Origin: Histomonas meleagridis 2922-C6/04-290x
Taxonomy: Eukaryota; Protista; Parabasalia
Length of the DNA stretch: 64,000 nucleotides
Assembly: GCA_020184695.1 (NCBI GenBank)
Contig: JAANOX010000273.1
Span: 186,001-250,000 of the forward strand
Reading direction: 5' to 3'
In this document: positions 1 to 11,650 of the stretch, in pieces
Layout of the letters: every line of letters begins with the position of its first letter
Numbering within the stretch: position 1 is the first letter of the stretch
Notes under the pieces: generated by a model
Databases searched by the model: none
Seen by the model: only the letters and a program-made list of their open reading frames with translations
Told to the model about the DNA's origin: nothing
Position numbers and translations under genes: made by a program

Positions 1-279
1 ATCACATTCGTATAATATTGAAGTTTGTGGTAAATCTGCTTTTGTAATTTTATCTGTTTTAAGTCCTATAACGAAAACATCAAAGCCTTGAAGCAATAAT
101 TTTTTGACGATTTGGAGTCCTATTCCATCTGTTCCCCCAGTTACAACAGCAAACCCACCTCCATACTTTTGAAGCATATTTTGCTCCTTAAGAAAGAAAG
201 GGAATAGGCATGTTCCGATTCTTATTGTGATACAAATTAAAAAAATAACTGAGATTAAAATCAGAATTTCTTTGATCAT
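1..279 (-). CDS. Short-chain dehydrogenase/reductase with N-terminal TM segment (3-ketoacyl-CoA reductase/17beta-HSD12-like); 3' end runs off the window
   Basis: Manual translation from ATG at 279: MIKEILILISVIFLICITIRIGTCLFPFFLKEQNMLQKYGGGFAVVTGGTDGIGLQIVKKLLLQGFDVFVIG. Contains the Rossmann TGxxxGIG motif after a hydrophobic leader. Not in the supplied ORF track. Confidence 0.75.
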   Translation of the reverse strand, partial: MIKEILILISVIFLICITIRIGTCLFPFFLKEQNMLQKYGGGFAVVTGGTDGIGLQIVKKLLLQGFDVFVIGLKTDKITKADLPQTSILYECD

Positions 280-425
280 AAGGATTTACTAACGTTTTCT
301 AAATATTAAACGTACATGATTTCAAAATTGTAAATAACAGAAAATATGATCGTTCTTTGTGAATTTTGGCATGTTTACAACAGACAAAACACACCTTTGC
401 ATAAACCTCTTAAATTCAATATTGA

Positions 426-1022
426 ATGAAGAACAGAGGCAGGTTCATTGTGTTTGAAGGAATTGATCATTCTGGAAAAACAACTCAGTCTAAACTTCTC
501 TTGGAATCAGGAATGTTATCTCCAGCAATTTCTATGAGATTTCCTGATCGTTCAACACAAATAGGTGCAATCATAGACCAATACCTAAAAAGTAGTAATA
601 ATCTTGGCAATGAAGTTATCCACCTTCTTTATTCAGCTAACCGTTGGGAAGTTGCTGATAAAATCAAAGATACTTTGGAAAACGGTACTTCAATCATTTG
701 TGATCGATACTGGTACAGTGGCACTGCTTATGATGTTGCTAAAGGACTCCCTTTAGAGTGGTGTAAGGCTACTGATATGGGTTTGCCAAAACCAGACTTA
801 GTTTTTTTTATTGATTCGAATCCAGAATTACTTGCAAAAAGAGAAGGCTACGGAGATGAGAGGTACGACAAATTGGAGTTTCAAAAAAAGGTGCGTGATG
901 CTTACTTAGAACTTCGAGAAGATAATTGGATTTTAATTGATGGTAACAAAACATTAAATGAAGTAAGAGATGAGGTTTGTCATGCTGCTAGAAGCTTCTT
1001 GGAAAATTCCAATGCAAATTAA
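426..1022 (+). CDS. DTYMK: Thymidylate (dTMP) kinase
   Basis: FIVFEGIDHSGKTTQ P-loop, RFPDR, LLYSANRWE, ICDRYWYSG and GLPKPDLVFF are hallmark TMK motifs. Confidence 0.95.
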   Translation: MKNRGRFIVFEGIDHSGKTTQSKLLLESGMLSPAISMRFPDRSTQIGAIIDQYLKSSNNLGNEVIHLLYSANRWEVADKIKDTLENGTSIICDRYWYSGTAYDVAKGLPLEWCKATDMGLPKPDLVFFIDSNPELLAKREGYGDERYDKLEFQKKVRDAYLELREDNWILIDGNKTLNEVRDEVCHAARSFLENSNAN

Positions 1023-1346
1023 CAATAATTTATGAATAAACCAAACCAAATAAAAATAATGATAAATAAAGATGACACTTTTTTACTTCAGGGGGGGGCC
1101 AACTGGAAGTTGGATGCTTTGGGGAATAACATCCATGAGTAAAGCTTAGACCAAAATTGTTATAAGCATAAAATTTATTGAGTAATAATAAGTTCGCAAA
1201 TTGAGCGCCAAATGGCAATGAATTGAAATTATGCCGCCAGCAGAAAGAAAATTGCTGTATATAATGTTTTAATTGTCCAATCGATAAGTCACTCATTAAA
1301 CAATCATTTTGCACATATCCTGCTTATAAAGAAAGAAGACAAAAAT

Positions 1347-1592
1347 ATGATTGGAAACATATTTGCAAATACACTGACTGATGAGTATTTAAAGGCACAA
1401 GTTGATATTTATGAACCTACAGTTTGTTGTTGGTGTATTCCCCGCAATAAAGCACCAGAATTTTCAATTCCTTGTCGTCATATTTTGATGACAATATATG
1501 AAATTGGATTGAACATCTCTCTAAAAATGTGGTTTTTGAAGGAAAGCCAAAAACCACAAAATCATATCAATGTAGCGTTTGTCATTGTTTAA
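1347..1592 (+). pseudogene. SWIM zinc-finger relic, probably from a MULE transposase
   Basis: CCWC...FSIPCRHIL resembles the SWIM CxC..PCxH motif; the upstream frame is full of stops. Confidence 0.4.
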
Positions 1593-2772
1593 AAAAATAT
1601 TTTAAAACGAATTTTCTGGAAGTTCAATAACAATAATATGATAATCTAATTTATTAATATAAAATTATGAAATAGAAAGAATAGAAATGTATTAGTGATG
1701 ATGGAATGGAAATAGAGAGATGTTGTTTTATTGAGATATTGTTTGGTGAGTTTTTCATAAAATTTTAGTAAGACCCTCTGGAAAATATTTCTCCACTTTT
1801 TGACAGGGCGGTTCATGGCGAAAACGATTAGCAGAAAATTCATATCACAATATTGTAAACAAAAAAGTGACAGATGAAAAAGCTACAAAAGGTGTTGGGA
1901 CGAAGAAAATGAAAGAGTGCAAAGCGTTTAATGAACGATTGAAGATTTTGATGATCTTTATTTAAATTGGAAGATAATATATAGGTTTGCTGTCTTGAAT
2001 TTATTTCAATATCATCATAAATATTAAAAAATTGTTCCTAAAATATTATGTAATTATCGATTTTATGTAATTAAAAAACATTTATATTTTTGTGAACTTT
2101 TAAATAATTTGAATGCATAAGTATACCATTTTCACATCATGTTGGCCATTTTCTCTTCCAATATGGCCAATCTTTTTATATCGTAAATTCTAAAATTCAA
2201 GATTTAAAGAACCAAATTTTTTTTGAGCATAGCATCTTACGAATTAATGTTGTAAAATGTTGTATTCATTCATTATTTGAAAATGTGTATGCCTAGATAT
2301 ATATATCGTGTCAAAGATTTAGAGGCTTTTACAAAAACAATTGTAAATGGTGATAATTTTGATGTTTCTATTTTTTATTCGAAAACAACCATATCATATC
2401 ACATTAACAAATGTCATATGAAAAGAGGACACAAGAAAGACAACGTAATGTATTCATATGCTCAAAAAGGTATCTTTAATATCATCGGCTTTTTACAAAG
2501 TTTAGGTCAGTATATATTGTTTTTTACTCAAACCAGGGACTGAAAAGAGTCGTTGGGCCAGGAAGAAAGAAAGCCTATATGAAGTTTACATCAAACACTA
2601 TAATAAATGGTGGGATGAGTATAGACAAAATGAACATAAAATTGTGATATTTGAAAACTTTCCAGGAGAAGGTAAACCATTGGCTCAATGGAAACATTGA
2701 CAATAAAATTTAAATGGGGGAAAATTTTAGGATAAAGAAAATTCTGTATGTATAAAATTAAATTAATATTAG

Positions 2773-3485
2773 TCCTTAGCAAGAATAATGAATCGGGTAC
2801 TATCCTACAACCGTGGGAAATTTGAATACTACCTCTTCATATAGTGGAGGTCCCATTCAATCATGATGGAGAATTTGAATGAGGTGTATTTAGCATTCCC
2901 ATTCAAAAATCGGCTTTGTTTTCTGAATAAATATCATCATTCAATGTCATTTTGAATTATATACAATTTTCGCCATGCTTTTTTGAATACAAATAAAATT
3001 TGGCAAATATGGTGTGCTTATTTCCACTAACTGTATTTGTACTCACTTATATGTGTTTATTTCATTGTCTTATGTTAATTCTCACTTATATGTGATAATT
3101 ATCATTTATTCTTATTCATTTTCACTTATATATGTTTATTCTCACCTATATGTGTTTCTGTCAATTATTTTAAGTACCTTTGTACAGATGTCAAGTGAAA
3201 CTACTATTCTGAATGAATTATCCGAAATAAAAAAATCTGAAAGAGAGTAACTTATAATCATATGAATAATGGGTACTGTCCTACAACCGTGGGAAATTTG
3301 AATGGGTAGTATTCAAAAAGTGGAAGCCTCATTCAATCATAATGTAGAATTTGAACAGAATGTAATTCGCATTCAAAAATTGGTACTCAATTCGTTTCCT
3401 GAAAAAATATTTTCATTCAATATCATTTCGAAATATTTACAATTTTCGTCATGTTTTTTGAACAAAAATAAAATTTGGCAAAAAT
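2773..3485 (+). repeat. Two diverged ~220-bp direct repeats (about 2773-3008 and 3263-3485) flanking a low-complexity spacer
   Basis: Both units start gggtact(a/g)tcctacaaccgtgggaaatttgaat and end acaattttcg(c/t)catg...aaataaaatttggcaaa. The spacer holds repeated ctcacttatatgtg units. Confidence 0.8.
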
Positions 3486-3505
3486 GCTGAAACAGATATC
3501 ATTAG

Positions 3506-3746
3506 ATAGCAAGTTATCGACATTGCTAAACTTATAAAACATAACTAATATGTAGAACATGACAATTCATAGAAATTTATATGCGAAGCAATTGATATTA
3601 TTATTGATCAATTTATAAATTATTGATTAAGTCAAAAATGAATTTTAATGTAACATTGATATTAAATTTGTGTTGTAATTTAGATACGTTTAGATATTTC
3701 ACAATATCTAGTTTATTATTAAATAGCAAGTTATCGACATCGCTAA
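3506..3746 (+). repeat. 24-bp direct repeat pair
   Basis: atagcaagttatcgacat(t/c)gctaa at 3506-3529 and 3723-3746. Confidence 0.75.
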
Positions 3747-4477
3747 GATGGTGAAACTATGTACATTAAATTTGAATAACTATAATTATTTTTCGGATGT
3801 TCATCTTCAATTGATTTAATATCTGTTTCACAATGTGATATATATATGATCAAATAATAATTTTTATACCAAAAAAAATTTATCAACAAAAATACATCAA
3901 ATAGGGAGTTGTTATAGATTAAAATATTTTAAAGAACATATTCTTCAAAACAGTATTGTAAAAAAATACAATAAAATCATTTGATATTTATTAAACTTTA
4001 TATAAATGAATATATATATACATTTTTTAATATATAAAAACAGCTTCTATAATTTGAATACCAATTCAAAATTTAATGAACACGGAACTTTGTGATAGAA
4101 ACGATAACACTTTTAGCACCACTTTACACATAAACCTATCAAAAACCTCACATAACCAACACGAATTGTCCTCGGTTATGTTTGGCCGAACATTTATCCT
4201 ATTAAATTAATATTTTGCCGAACAAATATCTTTTGCAGTAATAAACTATATTTTTCATAAATGTTTTAATCTGCGACTAAAACGTATTTTTGTACTTCAC
4301 AAAAAGAAAACCGTTTTCCGCCTGAATTTGTCGATTTTCAAAATTCTAGATTTATAGTAGTGCAACAATGTAAGTGTAAATTTAAAAATCATTTAGTATC
4401 TGATGTTTCAATGCACGCTGATTTCATTGAACGTGATCATTATGAAGATTATTTTTGTATTTATACGAATGAAAATA

Positions 4478-5780
4478 TAGGGTGTCCAACCCCAAGTGTA
4501 GCATCTCATTATTCAAATAAAATTTAAATGAACTAAAATAATGATTAGAATGTTTACTTGATATACTCTCCTTTGGTATGTATTACTTGTTCCAATCTCC
4601 TTTCCCATTCTTCAAAAACCCGTTTTAACATATCGGTTGGTATTTGTTGTAAAATATCAGTTATACATTTTTTTACCTCCTTTCTTGATTCGTATGATTG
4701 ACCTTCCATTTTATTTTTGTTATAGCCAAATAGGAAGAAGTCTGATGGTGCTATATCTGGTGAATAAGGAGGATGAGGTGCTCTTTTAAGACCTTTAATA
4801 TTCATTATATTAGTTGTGTGCTTCGATATGTGAGGACGTGCATTATCGGCATGGACGGTTAATCTTCTTCCTTCATTATCTAAATATCCCCCATTTAATT
4901 TTTGAAAGTTCCTTAATAATATTATTTGCATAATACTTCGAATTAAATGTTTCGCCCTTTTGGAAGAAAGTTAATAACCTTTATTCCGCTTGGATTCCAA
5001 AAAGTTGTCAGCATAATTTTTTTATCTGTTAAAACCTTATTTGGACGTGTTTGAGGCTGACTTCCGATGGGTATCCATTGTTGAGAAGGATAATATGAAT
5101 ATTCAAACCAAGATTCGTCTCCTGTGACGAAATATATATAATTGTTATGTTTGGCTGAATTCAGAATCTTAATAAGTGTTTTTGAGATTGTTACCCTTTG
5201 AATTTTTTGTTTTTCTGATAGACTGTGGGGAACCCACTTTAAATGCATGCTTAAATAAAAAAGCATATTTGTTAAATGATAATATACCGTACTTTTTGGA
5301 ATCCCCGTAGTGTTAGCTATATAACGAACAGATGCAAATGGCTCTTCATCAAGTACATACAAAATTTTTTCATTAATGATTTTGTGTTCATCGAAATTTG
5401 CATTTGGAGTTTCCTTGTTAACGGTTTTTGATGTTTTGCAATTTCTAATATATTTTGTAATTGTTGAATATGAAATACATTGATCTTGAAGAGTCAATTT
5501 CATTTATGTATATATTGATTTTTTATTTTTCCCTTGTAAGTGTAAAAAAATCGCAATTGATTTCTGATCGAGTTCCATTCTGAACTTTTCGATAATTTTA
5601 AACGTATATTTTTTCCAATTTTCTATCAAAAAAGTGCAAATATCTCATTAAATCTAATTTTTTATGAAACTTCATATTAATAAAAAATAAAATGTTATAT
5701 TCATATATTATTTATATATATTTATTAATAATTAAATATGCTCACATATGGAGATGCTACACTTAGGATTGGACACCCTA
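4478..5780 (-). mobile_element. Mariner (DD34D) transposon, 1303 bp, with TIRs and TA TSD
   Basis: Left end tagggtgtccaaccccaagtgtagcatctc; right end gagatgctacacttaggattggacacccta; TA at 4476-77 and 5781-82. Confidence 0.95.
4554..5503 (-). pseudogene. Frameshifted mariner transposase
   Basis: WVPHSL, FVTGDESWF, HADNARPH and HPPYSPDIAPSDFFLF, with 34 residues between the 2nd and 3rd Asp; frameshifts near 4930-4950. Confidence 0.92.
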
Positions 5781-5927
5781 TAGAACTAAATATAAGGAAT
5801 ATGAATATAAAAGTAGAAAACTTAATTTAAAAATATGGTTTAAAGAAATGAATGGTAAAGAAATTGATCCAAAATATTTTATGTTAGAATTATTATTAAT
5901 TTATTAAATAAAAATCATTTTTTATCA

Positions 5928-7259
5928 ATGTTTAGTATTGAGAATGCTACGAAAGGTATAAAAACTAATGTTGTTGCTGCTCCTGAAATTATTGACCAAG
6001 ATGACTTACAAAAAGTTATAGAAAATTATTCTACAAATGATCAAATAACAGAAAAACTCAATACTATAACTTCGATTACATTACCTCAATTATATTATAA
6101 TAAATCACAATCAGATGAAAAATATTCTACAAAAAGTCATACACATAATACAATAAATAATGATTTAACAGATATTCCTACAGGTTCAAATACAGAAGAT
6201 ATCCATTGTTCAACAATTAATGGTTTTGCTTTAAATTCGGGACCTTCAGATTCAAATTTAAATATTAGTGTTCCTTCAATTGCAGTTATTAAAAACGATG
6301 GTGTTTTAGAAACAGGTCCTTACATAGATATGCATACTAGTGATGGATATGAAAATGATTATAGTCGGAGAATAACAGCATTCGATGATTATCTTGAGTT
6401 CAAATCAAAACAAGGAGATGGATTTTTTTATTATATCATCTGTAGAAGCCTTAAGTTGTAAAAAAATAAATTGCAGTAAAATTGTGTACTCTGTAAAAAC
6501 TAATTGTAAATACAGGAAATATAAAATCCGATACTGGTCAATTCACTAGTTTAGAGTCTACTAAATTAACATTATTTCACAGTATAATTGAAGAATCAGA
6601 TAATACATAAGAATTATTATGAAGAATTTATGGATGTACACCTACTGCAGATAAAAAATATGGAAGATTATATTTTGAATCTGTAACACAAAAGAAACAA
6701 GATAATGGTACCTTTTCTGATACATATAGTGCAATATATTATATCGCAACTACATTTAATACATTCGAAGGAACTGGAGGTCTTGCACAAATAAATACAA
6801 CTATTATTCATAATGCTCCTGTTTCAGAAGATTTAACACAATTTCAAATTGGTTCACCTGTATTTTTAACAGGTAATGTTTATGCTTTAACCAATGAAGG
6901 TAAATATATCACAAATACTTCATCAACTGATTGTATTCCATCAGTTAAAACTACAGGTACTTATGAAGAATATTTAGATATTTGTGTAGCTAAGCATGAA
7001 ACTGGATATAAAGCTTCAATAGGTGATGTTATTAAAAAAAAAAATAGAAATTTTACAAGATACTATTGATTTTGCTACACGTGGAGATTTTCATTTTAGA
7101 GTAAATAATACTGCAGATTATGAAATTGGTGATGTAGTATTATTTGATGGTAATAAATTATCAGATGATTTAGTAATAATCACAAAAATATTAAATTCAA
7201 TAGTTGGTAAATTAACAGGTAAAATAGATGAACATTTATTAAGTGTATTTAAAGAATAA
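5928..7259 (+). pseudogene. Virion fibre/structural-protein-like gene, disrupted
   Basis: Thr/Asn/Ser-rich. DGVLETGPYIDMHTS..DYSRRIT resembles a phage tail-fibre motif. Coding-like sequence continues through stops (YGRLYFESVTQKKQ, TDCIPSVKTTG) to the 7023-7259 ORF. Confidence 0.5.
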
Positions 7260-7291
7260 AAAAAATATTTTATTTCATTTTATTTTTTTAT

Positions 7292-8908
7292 ATGGATCCA
7301 GTTTATAAAAGAAAGAGAGAAATACAAGATTCATTCGAATCAATAGTTAAAAATGAATCAAATAATGAAAATTCACAATTAAAAGGTAATTTGAGTCTTC
7401 AAAATTTTATTAATTTTTTGAATGAAAAATATAATAGGGAGATTAAATTTACACCTGAATTTAATACTGGTACAAAGCCATAAGTCGAAACATACAACAA
7501 TTTAGTTAATTATCATATAGATGTCAACTTAGAAAGAATAACAGATAATCAATATAAAATTAAACATTTCAACAATTATGAAAAATTTAAATATAATTTT
7601 ATTAAAATTTTTATCGAAAATGAAAAAATTACACCTATTAATTAAATAATCGGACGAATAACAATCCCAAAACATTATGAATATTATATTAGAGAGATTA
7701 TCAAAAAATTGAATGGAATGTTTGCACACGAAGTTTTCGAAGCTGAAAAAAAGCCTATCAAATATAATGAATATTGTGAAGAATTAAAAGAATATTTATA
7801 TGGTATTGAAATAATTGTTAATAAAATTGGGAACGTATTCACATTCGATTATGCATATAGCAATTATTTGTTACAATATTTTAGTAAATTTCCTCGTGAC
7901 AATACATATAAAAATTATAATATTTATGAAGATTATAAGAATTCGCCTTATATTAACACAGGTTTCAAATCTCGTTCGAGAAACAAATATTTATTTGATA
8001 ACTATTTACTTCCATATCATATTGATTATTCAAAATTAGATCCTCAATTTAAACCTAATATACATTATTTTCCTTATAAAAGAAATAAAAAATACCAACT
8101 AAAATATATTGGTAATAATGGTGAATATCAAATGGATTTATTTTTTTCTGGTTATGATGAAACCACTAAAACAGAAACAAAATATTGTTATTTATTAGCA
8201 GTTGAAATTAGGTCTAGATTTTTATTTTATGCCTATACTAATACAAAAATAAATGATAAAATAACTACAAAGAAATCGATAGAATCTATAGCTAAAGCTT
8301 TATTTATATTATATAATGCAGAATTTAATCCTAAAATTATACATTGTGATTCTGAAAGAACATTTTTATCAAAACCTTTACAATATATAGCAGCACATTT
8401 ATCTGGTGTAAAAATAATTCCAGTAAAAAGAATAATTTTAGAAGATAAATCTTATCCTATTCATACTTCTTTAACTATAATCAATAGAATTTGCAGAACT
8501 ATTAGAGATATGGCTGATAATATGGGTTTAAAAGAAATAGATCCATATCATATGAAGAAAATTGTCGGTAATTATAATAATACTTATCATAAAACATTAA
8601 GTCAATTAAATCACAAAAAAATTTCACCAATAGAAGCTTTTAATCAAGGAAAATCTTTTGGTTTAGAGTTACATAAATTAAATGATAAAATTATAAATTA
8701 AGAAGGATTTTATTTACCTCCTGGTACAACAGTAACAGTTTATAACACAGATCAATTAAAAAAGAGATCAAAAATATTATCAGATATTTTTATAGTAGAT
8801 AATTTCGAAAAAGGTAAATATAATATTTATAATGAAAAAGGAATAAAAATGTCAGTACCAAGATATTTATTAAATCCTGTGCCTTATCCTATTAATTTTA
8901 ATAAATAA
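7292..8908 (+). pseudogene. Polinton-type rve (retroviral-like) integrase, one reading frame broken by three TAA codons
   Basis: YQMDLFF, YLLAVEIRSRF, IIHCDSERTF, IINRICRTIRDM, YNNTYH and a C-terminal GFYLPPGTTVTVYN...VPRYLL. In-frame TAA at 7481, 7643 and 8699. Confidence 0.85.
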
Positions 8909-9419
8909 ATACTTTTTTTAGTGATATATTAAATTCAACCATTAATGTGTTATATTCTTTATTATATTGAGAACTAAAATCATAACCATTAATCTTAATT
9001 GAGTTAACTTTTTTAATTGGATTTACATGTTTTAAACATCCAGGTTCAGGATCTTCATAACTTAATCTAACTTGATTAAAATCAATTTCTAAAATTAAAC
9101 TTATAGCTTGTACTAAATCATTAGCATTAATAATAATTTTTCCACTATTATCAATTAAATTTGCTATTAATTTCATATTATTTATTTTTAATATTGCACT
9201 AAATGTTAAAGCTTTATGTTTATATAAAGCACTAGCATTATCAGTATTAAGATCAGTTTCTCTTGTAATTATTTTTGGTGTTTCTTCATTAACTTCAGGA
9301 TAATGTACTGGTGTTTCACTATTGTTATTATTAATAATAACTTTACAATTAGCACTAGAACTATTATGTTCAGTATTATTCTTCCCTACATGGGGTGAGA
9401 AATCACTTATTTTAATCAT
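8898..9419 (-). CDS. Hypothetical protein of the Polinton-like element (173 aa)
   Basis: Intact ORF, convergent with and overlapping the integrase end by 11 bp; preceded by aaaatcattatttttttATG. Confidence 0.6.
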   Translation of the reverse strand: MIKISDFSPHVGKNNTEHNSSSANCKVIINNNNSETPVHYPEVNEETPKIITRETDLNTDNASALYKHKALTFSAILKINNMKLIANLIDNSGKIIINANDLVQAISLILEIDFNQVRLSYEDPEPGCLKHVNPIKKVNSIKINGYDFSSQYNKEYNTLMVEFNISLKKVFIY

Positions 9420-9454
9420 AAAAAAATAATGATTTTTAAAAAGAATTTCTTTAT

Positions 9455-10600
9455 TTAGAAACCACGATTACTGTCAATATATGTATATAATGATGTTTTA
9501 ACATCTGCAAATTTATTCTTATTCAGTAAAATTTCAGAAACTGCTTGCTTTGAAGCGCTTGTTAAATAATTTTCTCCTGTATCTTCTCTAATATATTTCT
9601 TAGCTGTTTTCTCATCTTTAATATTTTGTCCTGCCAATATCTTATTCATTCTTGTTTTTATAATGTTTTTATATAAATTAGCAGATACACTATGTATTGG
9701 ACACATTCCTTTAATCATAGCTAACATTCCAGGAAGTTGACCATCATTAGCATGCTGCTTTTGAAAATCTTCAAGATAATCATTATAAATTGGCTTAATA
9801 ACATATCTAGTAAACACTTGATTTGCTGTTCTCCTTCTTGGTTTGTGTGTTTTATAAACATCTCTAACACCTGTATCTTGATAATACTTTAAATTAAATT
9901 TATCAACAGTATCCATAATTTGTCTACCTTCTCGTGTAGGTTCTACCGTAGGATCATCAAATGGCTTATTATCATCATATGTAACTTTTCTTATATATTT
10001 ATCCATAAATTCATCGAAATCCTCTATATGTTGATCTTTTGCTTTCAAAAATTTTCTATTTTGTGGACTACCATATTTTTGTTGTAAAAATCTTATATAT
10101 TGTCTTTCATAGGGGTCATGTTGTTTAACTGTCCATCCATTTACAAATTTTGCTCTTTTATGTTGATCTGCAACTATAACATCTGGAATACCATCCTTAT
10201 TTATATCTTCTTCAATTGCAGTCCAATGATATCTTGGATCCTTTTTATCTTTATTATGTTTTTCAACTAATTCTCTTGCACCTTCTATTGTTTGAAGCTC
10301 TCTAATTTTTTTTACATCTTTCTTTAAATCAAGAATAAGATGAGCTAATGTATCCATATTTTCATCCAATATAACATTACTTCCTCCAGTATATTTATAT
10401 TTTGATTTATCTTCTATAAAATCATACATTTTACCATCAGGAGTTCTAATGTGATATTCATGAGGTCTTAAAGGTGGTGGTAAACCTTTAGTATTTGTTC
10501 TTTTTTTTTGATATTTTCCGTCCACTTTTTCATAACCCAATGGTGGAATTTCGTTAGACAAAATTGGTTTAATGTCTATGATAGTTACTGTTGGTAGCAT
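9455..10600 (-). CDS. Hypothetical 381-aa protein of the Polinton-like element with a DxDxDG-like motif
   Basis: Uninterrupted ORF containing DINKDGIPDVIV. The ATG at 10600 is preferred over the track's TTG at 10723 because it follows aaaatcatttttcatca, matching the fibre gene's upstream motif. Confidence 0.65.
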   Translation of the reverse strand: MLPTVTIIDIKPILSNEIPPLGYEKVDGKYQKKRTNTKGLPPPLRPHEYHIRTPDGKMYDFIEDKSKYKYTGGSNVILDENMDTLAHLILDLKKDVKKIRELQTIEGARELVEKHNKDKKDPRYHWTAIEEDINKDGIPDVIVADQHKRAKFVNGWTVKQHDPYERQYIRFLQQKYGSPQNRKFLKAKDQHIEDFDEFMDKYIRKVTYDDNKPFDDPTVEPTREGRQIMDTVDKFNLKYYQDTGVRDVYKTHKPRRRTANQVFTRYVIKPIYNDYLEDFQKQHANDGQLPGMLAMIKGMCPIHSVSANLYKNIIKTRMNKILAGQNIKDEKTAKKYIREDTGENYLTSASKQAVSEILLNKNKFADVKTSLYTYIDSNRGF

Positions 10601-10959
10601 TGATGAAAAATGATTTTCTTCATTTTCTGTTTGTTCTTTTGTATCATCCTCATTTTCTACAACTGGAACATATAATACTAGTTCTTGAAAGAATGGATGT
10701 ACAATATTTTTTAAGTACGTCAATATATTATTCCATAAAGAATTCTCATCTATATCGGATTTTTTTGCTCATGCCATATACTTAATTGTTTATTGAGATC
10801 ATTTATAGTTTTAATGTTTTGTTGATTTCTCCATCTCCTTAAGCTTTCAATATCGGGACCCATATCAATGCCAAGAACATTTAGATAAGTAGCTAATTCA
10901 TTATCTATACCCCTTTCTTTATATGTCATTAAAAAAAATGAATTTTAATTTTTCATTTT

Positions 10960-11611
10960 TTATTCAATTTTTATTTTTTGATTATTCACGTCGACGATCA
11001 TTTTTTGATGTCCAGATAGTTTTTGATAAACTGAATAAATTTGATCTTCAGTATGAGGCAATGGTATTTGAGCTAACATATAAAATAATTGTTGTTTAGA
11101 GAAATTAGGAAATATAAATATAGTACTTACATTAGCTTTAACTTCAGCAGGTAAAGATTTCCAAAATTGTACAGCGAAAAATACAGAACATTGAATATGA
11201 GCTAATTTAGATTTTCCCAATGATTATTTTTAATTTCATTATAAAATTGTTTCCATTTTAATATATCTTTAACTATATCTTCTGCTTGATTTTCAGCTAC
11301 ATATAAAATTGTAATCTTTATTAAAGGTTTTAATGATTCAAATGTAGGATCATTTTCTAATCCATTTTTTTATTAATATAAATTAATAAATGAGTTCTAG
11401 GACTAATATTACTAATTTTAATAATTTCTCTAATTATACATTGAGTTTTCCCACTTCTTTGTCTACCTACTGCTATATTTAAAGAATTATAAAGCACATT
11501 CACTTCTGGATGAATTTCACTTATTAATTCTTCATTTAATTTAGGTTTATTTTTATATAAACAATAATCAATCATATTATCTAAGGCATCAATATTAATA
11601 TCGTTTTCCAT
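10960..11611 (-). pseudogene. A32/FtsK-HerA-type DNA packaging ATPase, frameshifted, Walker B region missing
   Basis: NIAVGRQRSGKT Walker A and SKLAHIQCSVFFAVQFWKSLPAEVKAN C-terminal motifs; no hhhhDD between them. Confidence 0.8.
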
Positions 11612-11650
11612 AAAATAAAATAATTTTATAAAATCAATTCATTATTATTA

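Larger units (their letters stand above)
4261..5907 (+). pseudogene. Minor-capsid (penton)-like gene split by the mariner insertion
   Basis: Removing the mariner and one TA joins 4261-4477 to 5783-5907 in frame: MF*SATKTYF...FPPEFVDFQNSRFIVVQQCKCKFKNHLVSDVSMHADFIERDHYEDYFCIYTNENRTKYKEYEYKSRKLNLKIWFKEMNGKEIDPKYFMLELLLIY*. The capsid label rests on recalled resemblance and gene context. Confidence 0.6.

Noticed and set aside
3014-3250. 78-aa ORF with repeated HLYV
   Set aside because: Product of the ctcacttatatgtg low-complexity repeat
7292-8908. Many in-frame TAA codons (integrase x3, capsid-like gene, Rep, importin, YR, Tc1) suggested TAA=Gln recoding or readthrough
   Set aside because: Host and viral genes here end normally in TAA, and the residues expected at the internal TAAs differ (Q, E, L). 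Ordinary AT-biased decay explains them.
9455-10723. The 381/422-aa ORF as the missing major capsid protein
   Set aside because: Highly charged and apparently helical rather than beta-rich, with no double-jelly-roll signature recognised; left as unknown pending structure prediction
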